A DNA stretch of 64,000 nucleotides from Chlorokybus atmophyticus (taxonomy: Eukaryota > Plantae > Mesostigma and Chlorokybus algae), in contig RHPI01003422.1 in the NCBI GenBank assembly GCA_009103225.1, forward strand, positions 9,379 through 73,378, read 5' to 3'. This document shows positions 28,135 through 40,868 of this stretch, piece by piece. Under the pieces are notes generated by a model. That model saw only the letters and a list, made by a program, of their open reading frames with translations. It did no database searches and had not been told where the DNA came from. A program made the translations under genes and the position numbers. How positions within the stretch are numbered: the first letter of the stretch is position 1; the number at the start of each line of letters is the position of its first letter.

Positions 28135-30266
28135 ATGCTGCTGCTGTTTGAAACCCCTGCGGGGTTCGCCTTGTTCAAGGTCCTCAATGAGGGCAAGGTG
28201 TCGGCGTCGGCCGACCTGGCGGCGGACTTTGAGGACCCGGACAAGGCGGCGAAGCTGGTGAAGCTGAAGGCCATGGAGGTGTTCAAGGACACAGCCGAAG
28301 CCCTCACCGCCGCTGCCGCGCTCGTTGAATCCAAGCTGCCCAAGAACCTCCGCAAGTTCCTCAAGAAGCACGCCTCCGACGACACCCTGGCCCTCGCCGA
28401 CCCCAAACTGGGCAACCTGGTAAGGCCCAACCAATATAACACATGCAATGCGCTCACTATCACCATAAGTAACCAATCTGTTCAATTGCCATCCTTCTCA
28501 TCTTGCATCGCGGCTCTGGTCATGCTATTGGTGCCAATGTCCCTGTCTGTGTTGTCTTTTCTGGCAGTTGGGTTGCTGTCCACTGCGGTATTGGTGGACG
28601 CCTCTAATGCACATATGCGTGCTTGCACAATCGGTCGCTCTCTGTTCATGTGCGTGTGCACGCGTGTATCTGCGTCTCATGGCTTCTTACACACTGGGGT
28701 CACTTTCGGTCGTGGGGAGTAGGCATCATCTACGGTGGGTCATTCATAATACCATCACCACTTGATGAATTAAGGCTTACACACAATGCTCGTCAATGCT
28801 GCAGGTGAAGGAGAAGTTGGGCATCCAATGCGTGCACAGCGCGGGGGTGATGGAGCTGATGCGAGGGGTGCGGTCTCAGCTGGAATCGCTGCTGTCGGGC
28901 TTGTTGGGTGGGGGTACGGCCAACATGGCGCTGGGTCTCTCGCACTCTCTGTCTCGCTACAAGCTTAAGTTCTCTTCGGACAAGGTGGACACGATGGTGG
29001 TGCAGGCCATCGGCCTCCTGGACGACCTGGACAAGGAGCTCAACACGTACGCCATGCGCACGCGCGAATGGTATGGGTGGCATTTCCCCGAGCTTGGCAA
29101 GATTGTGGCAGACAACATTCAGTACGCGAAGGCTGTACGCCTCATGCGCACGCGCGACCGTGCCGCAGATGTGGACTTTTCTGAGTCCGGCCTCGCCGAG
29201 GAGGTGGAGGCTCAACTCAAGGAGGCCGCGCAGGTGTCGATGGGGACGGAAGTCAGCGAGGAGGACATGTTGTCCATCCTCGCCTTGTGTGAGCAAGTAA
29301 TCTCTCTATCAGAGTACCGCACGCAGCTGTACGACTACCTCAAATCCCGCATGGCGGCGATAGCACCCAACTTGACTGTGTTGGTGGGTGAGCTCGTAGG
29401 CGCGCGCTTGATCGCACACGCGGGCTCGCTGTTGTCGTTGGCGAAGCAACCCGCCTCGACGGTGCAGATCCTCGGGGCGGAGAAGGCGTTGTTTCGCGCG
29501 CTGAAGACGAAGCACGAGACGCCCAAGTACGGGCTGATCTACCACGCGAGTCTCATCGGTCAGTCGGCACCAAAGCTCAAGGGCAAGATCTCGCGTGTAC
29601 TCGCGGCCAAGTGCGCCCTCTCCATACGCGTGGACGCCCTCGGGGACGCCCCCGACGCCTCTGTCGGCATTGAGAACCGCGCCAAGGTGGAGGCACGCCT
29701 TCGACAACTTGAGGGACGTGCACTCCCCAAACCTGCCGCAGGCAACATTGTTGTTACAAAGCCAACAACACCTCAGGTCAAGCTCGAGGCCGCGCCCAAG
29801 GCGTATAACCCCGCCACGGACGCCACCGTCGGCACTGACCCGGCCGCCGATAAGGTCAAGAAGGAGAAGAAGGACAAGAAGAAGAAGGCCAAGCAGGTGG
29901 AGGAGCCTGCTGAGGTCAAGGAGGAGGAGGAGGAGGAGGAGGAGGCTGCAGAGGAGCCACTGAAGAAAAAGAAGAAGAAGAAGCAAGCAGAGGAGGAGCC
30001 CGCTGCAGTTTCTGAGGTGTGTTGTGTGTTGCATTGCTCCATTTGGGTCTATTTGTGCCATTATACATAACCAGACAGGGTTTGACTCGCTTGTGGTTGT
30101 GTAGGAGGAGCCTGCGAAAAAAAAGAAGAAGGCCCGGTACTTTGAAGAGGATGGGGTGGCTGCGGAGGAGAATGGTGCCGCTGTGAAGAGCAAGAAGCAG
30201 AAAGTTGCCAACAACGGGGCCGAGGCAGCGCCCGAGAAGAAAAGGAAGAAAAAGGACAAGCAGTAG
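28135..30266 (+). CDS. NOP58: Nucleolar protein 58 (box C/D snoRNP)
   Basis: Exons 28135-28419, 28805-30016, 30105-30266. [16 protein letters not shown]; [27 protein letters not shown] (NOP58- rather than NOP56-type); Nop domain [12 protein letters not shown]; KKE-rich tail. Confidence 0.95.
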
Positions 30267-31248
30267 TAGAAGTTGTAGTGCAGTGTGTAGAGTAGGCGAG
30301 GGAGGGTTTTTCCCTGTTGCTAGCTTGGTTGGTTGGTTGGTTGGTGTCACACAGCAGGTTGGGTTTGGGTGTCTTGCTGTGATGGAGAACAAGAGGCAAC
30401 TTCGTTGTTGCAGCGCCCATGCCGGCAGTTTCATTCCGTTGTTGGCCACGCGCACATTGCTTCTGTGTATGCATCGCATGCAGCACACAAGACAACGCGG
30501 ACATGCGATCATCAGCTTGTGCAGCAGTTTAGTTGTGTAACTTGCTGCCCACTACACCTGCTTATGAAAGCAGCGCACGAGGCATTTTCTGCATGTACAT
30601 CTGTACAATCGCAGGCTTTCCATGAAAACAGCACCTGCATGGGTTGCTTTGCAGCACTGTGCTCGCCTCTGCCATGGCTGGCTGCATGTTTTGGTAGATC
30701 CTTTCTCATAATACAATATTGGTTGTGATGACAATATCAGCGCCCCGCGAACAGCTTATTAATACACTTGCTAACTCCATGCACAAATTGTACAGTCACT
30801 GTTCGGAGTGATGTCGACGCCACTTTGCTTTCATAAACCGACATAAACCGACATCTTACACATTTGCATACTGTTCAGTTCATTTGGGGCTCATCACCGC
30901 GTAAACAGCCACAGTACGAACAGTGATGGAGACAGCTGCGGTGCATTGCTTCCCACACGCTGCATCCATCTGTCGGCTGCTGTGCAGAGTGATTGCAAGC
31001 AGATTGGTAGTCTGACCTACAATTAGACTCTTGGAAAGCACCAGCAGGCAACCTTTCACACCATTGACTTGATTGCTACCACGACAGGCCACTGCCAATG
31101 CACAATCTGATCAGAACAAACCATGAAGCAATGAACTGCAAGCATGTCAGTTAAAACAAACAGCAGCTTACTTGCAACGGACTGAACGTGTGCAGGTGGG
31201 TGTTGAAGCGGAGAAACGTGAAGTTTCAGTTGTGGATTGATGTGTCCT

Positions 31249-33202
31249 TCAGCAGGCCATTGTCACAGCCGCGAGAAGAGCGATTGCAGCCGTTTCAACC
31301 CGCAGCCTAAGCGGCCCCAACCCAGCCGCCAGCGCACCCGCCTCGTCCAAAGCCTCCTTTTCGGCTCTCGTAAAATCTACACAGCAACATAGCAAACATG
31401 AACAGTTCATGAACGACCCATGTCATACAGCAAAACACCACTTGCGACTTGAACAATAACCTACCACCTTCGGGACCAACTATGAGCAGGCCGCCCTCTT
31501 TCACAAACAGGCTGGACTCCCGCGTCACACGCCACTCGTCCATTATCTGCGCGAGAGGGCGGCCGCCGGCTACGGCTGCAATAGAAGGCGTCGTCTCAAC
31601 CTGCAACAATAATAAAAAGGAAAGAAATAAGGGATCAACATAATCAATTGCTCTCCACAGTGTGTGCGAATGCATGGATGTGTATGGGTCAATGTGCGCA
31701 CATGAGTGACTCCGCACGCGTGTATGTGCATACGCGGCTGTGTGCGCGCTCGCTTATGCATGAGTGCGTGCGTGTGGGTGCAAGCATGCGCACATGTGCA
31801 TAAAGAGAGCATAACTCTGGGGATTGATCACCTGTAGAAGCAAGCTTTGCAACGGCACGGGTTCGGTAATGTTCAACCCGTGCACCCGCAAACCTGTCCA
31901 CACAGACGTCCGTTACACCACATTTGAACTAGGTCACCGTCCCACTGACCCCCAGTTCAAGTGCGCACGAGTAACTAGGATGAGACCTACACAGCCACGC
32001 ACATTGTTTCGTGGCGGCGGAGGCGAGGCGCTCCCATCTGTCGAGGCGGCTGCCGATGTCCGGCGATCGCTCCGTCAGCAGCGGCGTAAGCGAGTACGCT
32101 CCCAGCTCCTGTGTTATAGTGCTGTTGAATTGTGTAACTTCCAGCACTTCCAGTACTCAACCAGACAGTAACGTGCGTAATGATGTGATGTTGGTTTCCG
32201 ACCGTAAAAATCAAATTTGACAATAACTTTTGGCGGGAGTTGTATGCTGGGGCTGTTCATGTACGTAGACAAAGACTGTGGCTCGACAACAATGTGCGTG
32301 CATGCGCACACACGCGTGTGTGTGCGTGTACGGGTGTAGGGAGGTGCCTGTGCCTGTGCTTGCGTGCAGAGGGTACAAATCAACCACACCTCGTATATGT
32401 GCATGCGTATGGCGCAGGTACCCTACCCTTGACAAATTAATGGTGCATGTGCATCACGCGTGAATGCAAGTGTACAACACTTCATGCATGCATGTGAGCG
32501 TACTTGTTCCAATCAGTACACACATAGTGCAACAACGCTTCTCCTCTCGTTTTGAAAACAGAATTGCGTTCAACTGTGAACATTACCCAAATGAAAGAGT
32601 CTTAACAACACTGACAAACAACAGCTTTGGGGAAAAAACGAATGGGTACTGAACTGTTGCTTTTTCAACCAGCCAGTCTGCTCGTCCGCCTTTGAGTGTG
32701 GCGCAAGCGACTGCCAGGCGCCAGCGTGGTCCCTGCCAGGGGGCGGCGACGGCGGCAACGGCGTCGTCCAGCACCACGTCCGCGCTGTCCTTACCGAGGC
32801 GGCCCAGTATGCCGGCGGCCAGCCCGCCCCGCCCGTCGCACAGCGCAACCCTCGCCCCGAACCCAAGCCTCAACGCCCGGGCGTGCCTCGCCTCCCCGGC
32901 CTCCAGCTCCACCACACTCTGCGTTAAGCAGCCACCACATTGATTACAACATTGACCGCAAGGACAAGGACAAGGCCATGGGTGGTGATCTGAACACCCA
33001 CCCCAGGGGCGGCGTTGGGCGGTAGGCTGGCGACGTGGAAGCGGGGCAGGGCGGCGGTGTCGTCGTCGCCGTCATGCGCGGCTGTTGCAAGAGGTCTGAT
33101 GCGGCGGCGGGGATGTGCTCTATTAGGCCATGGCCTAGAGGCGGTCCTCACCTCAGCCGCCGCCCAGCCGCCGCCGCGCAAGGTCGCCGCCGCCGCCTGC
33201 AT
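31249..33202 (-). CDS. rsmE: RsmE-family 16S rRNA (uracil-N3) SPOUT methyltransferase, organelle-targeted
   Basis: Six exons in phase: LPRFHV..|SVVELEAGEARHARALRL..GGRADWLVEKAT|ELG..KQ|CLR..|..LIVGPEG|DFT..LGPLRLRVETAAIALLA. Ala/Arg-rich N-terminal transit-like peptide. Confidence 0.9.
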
Positions 33203-34079
33203 GCATGCACAGTGACCCGTATATCCAGGGAATGCATCCTTGTTGTTCCTGCCAACTCGCAGCACCCCGGATGTAGGAACCGCAACGTTAATGACTGCAT
33301 GCAAGATGGGCTGGGGGCTGCAGCTGAGGAGGGCTTTCAGTCAGACTCGACTCGAGAGCATGATGACTCTTGAAGAACGTTGCAAACATGGCTGGATCTA
33401 CTGCACCACGTGAGCACGTTGTTTGGTCGCGACGACGGGGCGGGAGGGAGTGCGTCTGCTCCTCAAGGCAAGGCAGGTAGCTGGTGTGCTGCTGCCTCTC
33501 TCCGTTGGCACAGCAAGTTTCAGTATTGCTGTTGCTGGGCTGATGGGCGACGAGCAGCCTGAAGCTCGCTCATGTCTCATGAAGACAACTCATGCACCTA
33601 GCTAGCTTGTGTCTTGATGAGACCAACGCATGGTTGCCTGCCTGGCTGCATACGTTGGTGCATGGCAGACATGCAGGCAGGCGTCAGAGACATTGCCACC
33701 CCCCTCCTTGCCAGGTAATTGTGGCAAAGCTCACCTGGCCTTGCTGCCTTTCTCTTCCTGTCCTAGCGCACTAGTTGGCTTAGTCTCTTTGTTGTGAGGC
33801 AGGTTGCATTTTGGTTGGTTGTGCTGGGCTGTCCCGTCAGTGAAAGTCCCTTGCTATGTGCATGCAGTGGCTGCATGGTTATTTAAGGTGTATGGGCTCT
33901 TGGTGCAACCGTAGAACATTCAATGTTTCGCATGATCCGGAGGCTGCTTCCTCCATGCTGCCAACATCTGTGTCCTGATGTGCTTCCTAGCTGACATTAC
34001 GCTTTGCTCAAGCACAGGTGCCCCTCCACACGGCTGGCAGCTCAAGGATTCAAACTGTGCAGCTGTAGCCTAGCAGCAA

Positions 34080-35116
34080 TGGCTGCTTCCTTATCCCCCA
34101 ACAAGGTTGTGACTGTGTACTTCAGGTGCGCAGTCACGAAGGTGACCTTCAGCTTGGATGGCGGCAAAGTGTGGGGGGCGGAAACCCAGACATTGCCAAT
34201 CACCCTTAGAGCCAACTGCCTTGACTCTGTTGATGAGCTTGAGTCGAGTGGTGGCCAAAGTCAAGGGAGTTCTGCGCTCGTCTAGTGGCAACGGTGCAGT
34301 GGTGGAAGAGTTGCGCCCCATCAAACGCTTCTGGCGTTAAAAAGGAATGCAAGGAATATCTCCTGAAACGGGAGATCAACTACTTTATGCCCGAAGCGCA
34401 GGCGGTTGTGGTCGTCGCACGTATCTTTGTGAGCGTGCGTGTCCGCGCACACCCAACACCAAAGAGATACAATCTGAGCTGCCTGCGACAGCAATCATTC
34501 GCACGCTATAGACTGCCCTTTTTGTGACAGAAGGTGACCATGCACACGAACTGTTTGCAAGCAGGTATGTTACGAGCAGCCATCATGGTCACTGACCTTG
34601 CTCCAACCTGTATAGGTGTACCTTATGACGAGCAGCGCCTGGTGTTTTGTGGACAGCGACTCGAGGCAATCAGGCAAATAGAGCCACCATGGCGGTGCGA
34701 AGAGGTGGTTATACACCTTGTCTGACGCCAGATAGGTGGTGGAAGCGGTTTTCCCCCTGTCCCTTTCTAAGACGTGTCCAACACGGTCGCGTTGACTTGC
34801 ATCAAATGGGCGCAAACGGCTCCCCGCTGGCATACAGCTAAGCCATGGGCTGTGCATCGAAGGCTACTGTCGAAATCACAACTGCGAAGCACGCAACACG
34901 GTTGTCATCGTGAACATAGGATTCACCACAGTGGACATCATCATCGACACGGCTCGCAGAAGCTTCAGGTGCCCGATGTGCGATAGCAGAGTGCAGACTC
35001 GAACATGTGCATTGAATCACTGCGAATGGCGTTACACTGGAATGAAACTTGGTGGGAGTGACCAGCAGCCCATAGCTGTCAGCTGCATTGAATGGGTCTG
35101 CAGGACACCGCTATGA
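34080..35116 (+). pseudogene. Ubiquitin-like domain plus Cys-rich C-terminal domain pseudogene
   Basis: GVPYDEQRLVFCGQRLE..IHLV*RQIGGG (cf. ubiquitin GIPPDQQRLIFAGKQLE..LHLVLRLRGG), then PF*DVSN..APRWHTAKP / +1 shift / GLCIEGYCRNHNCEA..VIVNIGF..CPMCDSRVQTRTCALNHCEWRYTG. Confidence 0.75.
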
Positions 35117-35805
35117 GCTTCAGTGACTCCAACCAGATTCAGGTCAAGTGGGTCAGGCTCTTGATTGAAGCGCGTGTTGCAGCTTACGTACTTACGCGGT
35201 ACTTTCATAACCAGCCTTAGGAGTGTCCCATCTGCACTGATGTGTTGGTTGATGACTGTGTCACGGATCCGACCTTTGGGACGCCATGCGGCCATCAGTT
35301 CCATGCTGCCTGCCTGGACATGTGGAGGAAAACAGGGAACATCAATGTGAACAACAACTCGTGCCCGTGCTGCCGCCAGCACTTGTGAGTAGTAGCGAGG
35401 CAGGGGAGTTGTAATCATCAATCCCTCAACACAGTGCTCTGCAACGACCTTAGGCGCAATGAGCACGGCAACCTTCTCGTCCACTGCAGGCTTGAGCATT
35501 GCACATATAGTGAATCGTGTCAACTGTTGAGGCGTTGTTGTGGGTGTGTGCGTGTAAGCATAAGGGGTGCACAAAGGCGAGGACCAAACTTTGAAGCATG
35601 GTGCATGAGGCGGCGTGGACACCACTGCTCTGCACTTGGTCAGCACCCCTCTTGGCCCAAATGAGTTGTACATGCTTGAATTGATGACAGTGGTAGTTAG
35701 TGTCGTGCTTAGTGAGTAGATAGGCTCAAATAGCCCGGTGATGTGATATGTAATGCATGCAGTATGCTGAGTTGGAGTGTGCTTTGCATGCGGTGTGCTT
35801 TGCAT
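35032..35805 (-). CDS. Unassigned long ORF (257 codons), possibly two exons
   Basis: Long open frame with a plausible internal GT/AG pair; no motif recognised; its 3' end overlaps the ubiquitin-like pseudogene on the opposite strand. Confidence 0.25.
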   Translation of the reverse strand: MQSTPHAKHTPTQHTACITYHITGLFEPIYSLSTTLTTTVINSSMYNSFGPRGVLTKCRAVVSTPPHAPCFKVWSSPLCTPYAYTHTPTTTPQQLTRFTICAMLKPAVDEKVAVLIAPKVVAEHCVEGLMITTPLPRYYSQVLAAARARVVVHIDVPCFPPHVQAGSMELMAAWRPKGRIRDTVINQHISADGTLLRLVMKVPRKYVSCNTRFNQEPDPLDLNLVGVTEAHSGVLQTHSMQLTAMGCWSLPPSFIPV

Positions 35806-36144
35806 GCGTGCGATGCAGCTTGCATCTTTTGCACAGTGATCCCTTTATTTTGTTCGCTGCGACTTAATGTATGGCTAGTATACAGTTTGAGGGTTGTACA
35901 CTTCAACTTGATATGTACACAAGATGCATGCGCGCAACTGCGCTCATGCAACAGTGTGCGCACATATGGAAAAGTCAGACACCGCACGCAACACTCCTTG
36001 TACTACACTCATAAAGTAAAGCTGATACCTTACCATAATATCATACCATCACTACTACTCAGCTGCTTATATACACTTGTGACTTATTCACGCATAGGTG
36101 ATGAAAGCAAAACTGGTATGCAACAACCCAACATGATGCCTCTC

Positions 36145-39100
36145 TCACTCTACCACAAGTCCATCAAACACCCCGAGCGCAACAGTTCTCGCGGCCCCCG
36201 CGCTCACTAAAACCCCCGCGTACACAACACCCCCGAATGGTGGCAACGCGATGTTGTTGTACGTTGTGTATGTGGCCCCACCATCAGTTGAATAGGAGGC
36301 AGTAAAGGCTCCAACCCCATCATAGCGCAGGCGGAGAAGTACGTTGATGGGGCTGAGGGCCACTTTGGGGGTGGTCGGGTGCGTGACAGCGATGGCACCG
36401 GTAGCTTCCCGAGCCACCAGCGCCATCGCACCCGCTGTAGTGAGGGAGAAGTACACATTTCTTGCGGCGGGGTCTGTTGGGCCTGAAGGGGAGGAGCGTA
36501 TGGCCACACCAAAGGTGGATGTGGAAATTGCGCTTGTCACGCTTTTCACCCTCATCGTAACGGTGAGACCGCCGATGCCGCTGACCTCACGCTGCGTGTA
36601 CATGAAGTGGCCCTCGTCGTTGTTGCCCTTCACGCCGAGACCGCTGCCGGCAACGCGGTACACGCCACTGTCAAGGCGCGCACCACCTGCAGACAACACG
36701 TGAGTCAACCATTGAATGAGGGAGAGCACGTACGTGTGCGCATACTTGTGTTTGTGTTGATGCAAGTGCAAGTGTGTGTCTGTGTGCGTGCAACATTACA
36801 CAAAAGTGCGCCACCATGATGCTTGCATGCTAGCACTTGCCTGGGAAGAATGCAGTGTTGGGCGGGGAGGCGATAAGATCCGCGGATGCAAAGCCCGATG
36901 GGAGGGCGCCGGGACCAGACACGGGAGTTTGCAGAGTCATGAAGGCCATATACGCGTAAGGAGGCGTAGACGGCTGCGTCACAGAGTGCTGTGTGCTGCC
37001 TCCGTCGGACCACCCTGCGTGAACGTGCATGCGCATCATATACACATGTGTACATGCGTGGATGCTTGTGTGTATAGAGACATGCACTTACCGGCATACA
37101 CGTATGTGATGCCAGAGATAATGACCGAGTCCGGTGCTCCAATCTGTCAAGATGGCAGTTAAGTCTTGCACGCACGCACATTGGACTCTCCGAATTGATG
37201 CGACATATGATTAGTGGTCTACCTGATTGACAGAGCCTACTGCTGCGCTCTGATAGATCTTTCCTGTGGAGCTTGCTGACCCTCCATTGAAGCTCACCCT
37301 ACGAGCAAGTACCAGCATTACACCCACACATTCACACACACGCACACACGCACACGCGTTACCTGAATGCCACCGGCGAGCTGAACACGCGTAAAGGCAG
37401 CGTCGGCGGTGGCGGCGAGGGCGGTGGCGTCACGGCATCGCTGGTGAGTACCGGTGGAGCAAACTTCAACAGGAAGTTGCGACCCAACACGCCCGCCACC
37501 GCCGCCACACCTGCGAGCTAAGATCGGTACACATGCACACGAACACGCACGTTGAGCAACTTATCCTCTTTACACTCCTCTTACCAGCCAAGCATGGGCC
37601 TGGAGAGCAGGTGAAAGGCACTGTCATGGTCGTAAGTGTGATGAAAGTGGTGCCTTGACGGGAGTAGGACGCCGTCACGCGGCCACCACTAATGCTCACG
37701 CGCACCGATACAGGAAACTGCGTGCCCAAAAATTAGTGTCAACATCAACACTACCGTCTGTGTGGCATGTTGTCTGCGCGTGCGCGTGTGTATGCACAGC
37801 TCCTCGCCTACCTGTGTGTTGGCGATTGACCCCGTCACCGTGGTGGTCCCGCCGTTGCTCGATCGGTACGACATGGCCACATTCTTGCGCGTGGCGTACA
37901 CGAACACGTTGGCCACATTGCTGACACTTCCGCCACCCGCGCGTATCATCACGCCGGCAGTGGACTGGACAGCCACGGACGCTGATGTGGCTGCGCTGAA
38001 TGATGTTAAGCGGACAGTCAACTCGATTGTTGAAGCACTCAACGCCGTACGCATGAAGTAGAACTGGTCCGCGGTGCTGCACACAACACAGTAAGTTGTG
38101 TGTGTGTATGCTGACGCTGTTATGCACCTGCACGAGCGCTCGTCCACACGAACAAGTCCACATGTATAGTCACATGCGCACATGCACACAGAGACACGAA
38201 CCCGTACACACATTCACCTGCTTATGTCGTATCCTCCCGCTGTCATCGCACACTCGGCTGCCCCACACGCCACCCCCCCGAGCAGATAATTCTTATGCGC
38301 CGCGACCCCAACATCTTCCGCCACATACCCACCACCCGCCGGCACACTCCCACCCACAATACTATAACTCGCATAGATAGTACTTCCCGCCCGCACAACC
38401 ACATCGTGAGCCCGCAACCCCGCATCACTCCACGCGGCAAATGAGTACACAACACCCGCATATGACACAGTTGAGGGTGCGGACACTCTCAATAGCGAAC
38501 CCGCCGTAGCCGACACAACGACAACACCCGTGGATGCGTCGGCGAGTGATGTACCGGCAACCACAGGCGCGGGCACGGGCCAACTGCGTATGGTCATTGT
38601 TGATGTTGTTGTTGGTGGCGCGGGTGGGGGAGGAGAAGGTGGTGAAGGTGGGGGTGGAGAAGGTGGTGAGGGTGGAGGAGGTGAGGGTGGAGGTGTGGGT
38701 GAAGGTGGCGAGGGTGGAGGAGGTGAGGGTGGAGGTGTGGGTGAAGGTGGTGAGGGTGGTGGAGGTGAAGGTGGTGAAGGTGGTGGTGGGGAGGAAGTGA
38801 CTGCTGCCGTGTTGTATGTGGCTTTGACTGACAGTATGCGCGGCGTGCGTGACGGGTCTGTGGTGCTGAGACGGATGCGGTATTGGAGGGTGCGGGATGT
38901 GATGTCGATCGCCGCTGCGTGCGGTGAGAGAGCGTGAGCGTGTTGTTCTTATCATACCCATACCTCAACATCACAACGTGTCGTTTGCCTCTCGCGTACC
39001 AGTGAAACTTGTTGATGAAGGGGTGAATGTGCCGGCTGTCACGAAGGCCGCGCCCGCGTCATCACCGCTTCTGCAGGTACAAGATTTTACGTGATTGGGA

Positions 39101-40832
39101 ACACAGATGCACACTACGCACGCCACACCCACACTCACCTAACATCGAGTGCCGCCGCCGTATTGGCCGGCATCCTCACTGCCACCTCCATCCCCACCCA
39201 CCTCACCACCCCATTCGCCTCCCACCCCCTCGCCACATACCCACACTCCATCTTCGTCACAGGCATCACCCACACCCACTCCACGCTCAACGTGGCCGCA
39301 GGATTACTTGTATACGAACTCATCGCGCCGTACGTGGCGGGTGGGCTCCACGCCGCGACGTGTGTGTCCACATCGTCGAGGGAGTAGGTGACAACATTAC
39401 TATTCTCTATGCGGTAGGAGTGGTAGGTGGTGAGGTAGGGTGTGCATGACGTGTCGGAACAGGCGGGGAAGTTGTTCTCGCTGGAGGGGGCGCCGGCACC
39501 AAGAGTGCGGTAAAACAAAGCTGCGCACGGGAGGGTGCGTGTAAGTGTACGTGTGTGTGTGTGTGCGCGCGCGGGAGCGTGCGCTGAATGAGTGTGCAAG
39601 TGCGCGTGTATTTGTGTTTGTGCCTGCGTGTGTGTGTGTGCATGGGCGTGATGGAAGCACCTTGTTAGATGTGTTGAATGCGTGTGTTCACCAGTAGTTG
39701 TGTATGGGACGTACTGTTTGTGGTGGAGCCAGTGGAGAAGATGGCCCAATAATTGTTGAATGGGCTTTGGTTGACCACATCCGTGAGGCCAACATGTTGG
39801 TACGCGCCAGGTGAGAACCTCGCAGAGACCTCCACCGCAGACCCAACACTCTCCAACGGGTCCCGCGTATACAACGCCGAGTTGTAAAGCTCCACAGCAC
39901 CTCCACTCACATGCGCGGTTGAAATGCCATCCCAACTCTTCACCGATAGAAATGTTGGCACGACGCCGTCGACATCAAACTCCGCCGCGTACGTGAGAGG
40001 TAACCCAACGTATCCGCCACCCGCCGCACCGTGGTCGAACACGTAACAATCACCACTACCTGATAGAAAGCTCGCAAACGACGAGTCCAACATGTTGCCT
40101 GTGACAACTTGTTCAAGTGGAGGTGGAGGAGGTGGTGGAGACATGTTGGCACCCCCCGGTGAGTGTGTCACGAAGGACCATGTGTACACGCCGTCCAACG
40201 TGCCGCCACCGTTGGCTCCCGTAAGACCTCCGCCCACACTAACAGTGTAGTGTGTGCCTTCATCCAACACATTGTTGGGTTGTATGGTCACAGCTTGCTT
40301 CACGCTGTCGAGTGTGGTGACAATTGGTATGTCGGCATCCGTGTCGCGGTTCTTCAGCGACACAACGAGGGTGAGAGGGTTGACGGGTTCGGAAAATAGT
40401 GCAATAATGTTGGGTGAAGAGGGTGAGACGTCTGTCTCATCCGCTGCGGGTAGCGTTATCACAACTGATAGTGGTATTGTTGTGTCCGATGACGCTATGA
40501 GTACGTCCACTTGCTCGACGACGGGTGTGGACACGCCATCTTGTGAGGGTGTCAACACCACTTGGAAGTAGATGTTGTCTCCCGTGTGGTTGATCGAGCC
40601 GTCCTCGGGTACAGCCTCCCACGCCATGTTGGGATCGTAACGCACGTTGAGTGTGACCGTGCCGGAGGACGTGGCGAGAGTGCGAGCGTGTATGCCCGTG
40701 AATGTGACGGGTGTGCGGAAAGACAATGACGAGGAGGTGTAAGAGCATGAGGACGGGTAAGGACCCGAGCGGAGAAAGGAGAGAGAGAGAGTAGAGGAGG
40801 TGTCCCGGTCCAAGGCGGACAAACCCTGCACA

Positions 40833-40868
<36 letters not shown>

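Noticed and set aside
28420-28804. Intronic snoRNA in NOP58 (and in the RPS7 introns)
   Set aside because: No box C (RTGATGA) paired with a downstream box D (CTGA) and terminal stem could be found by eye.
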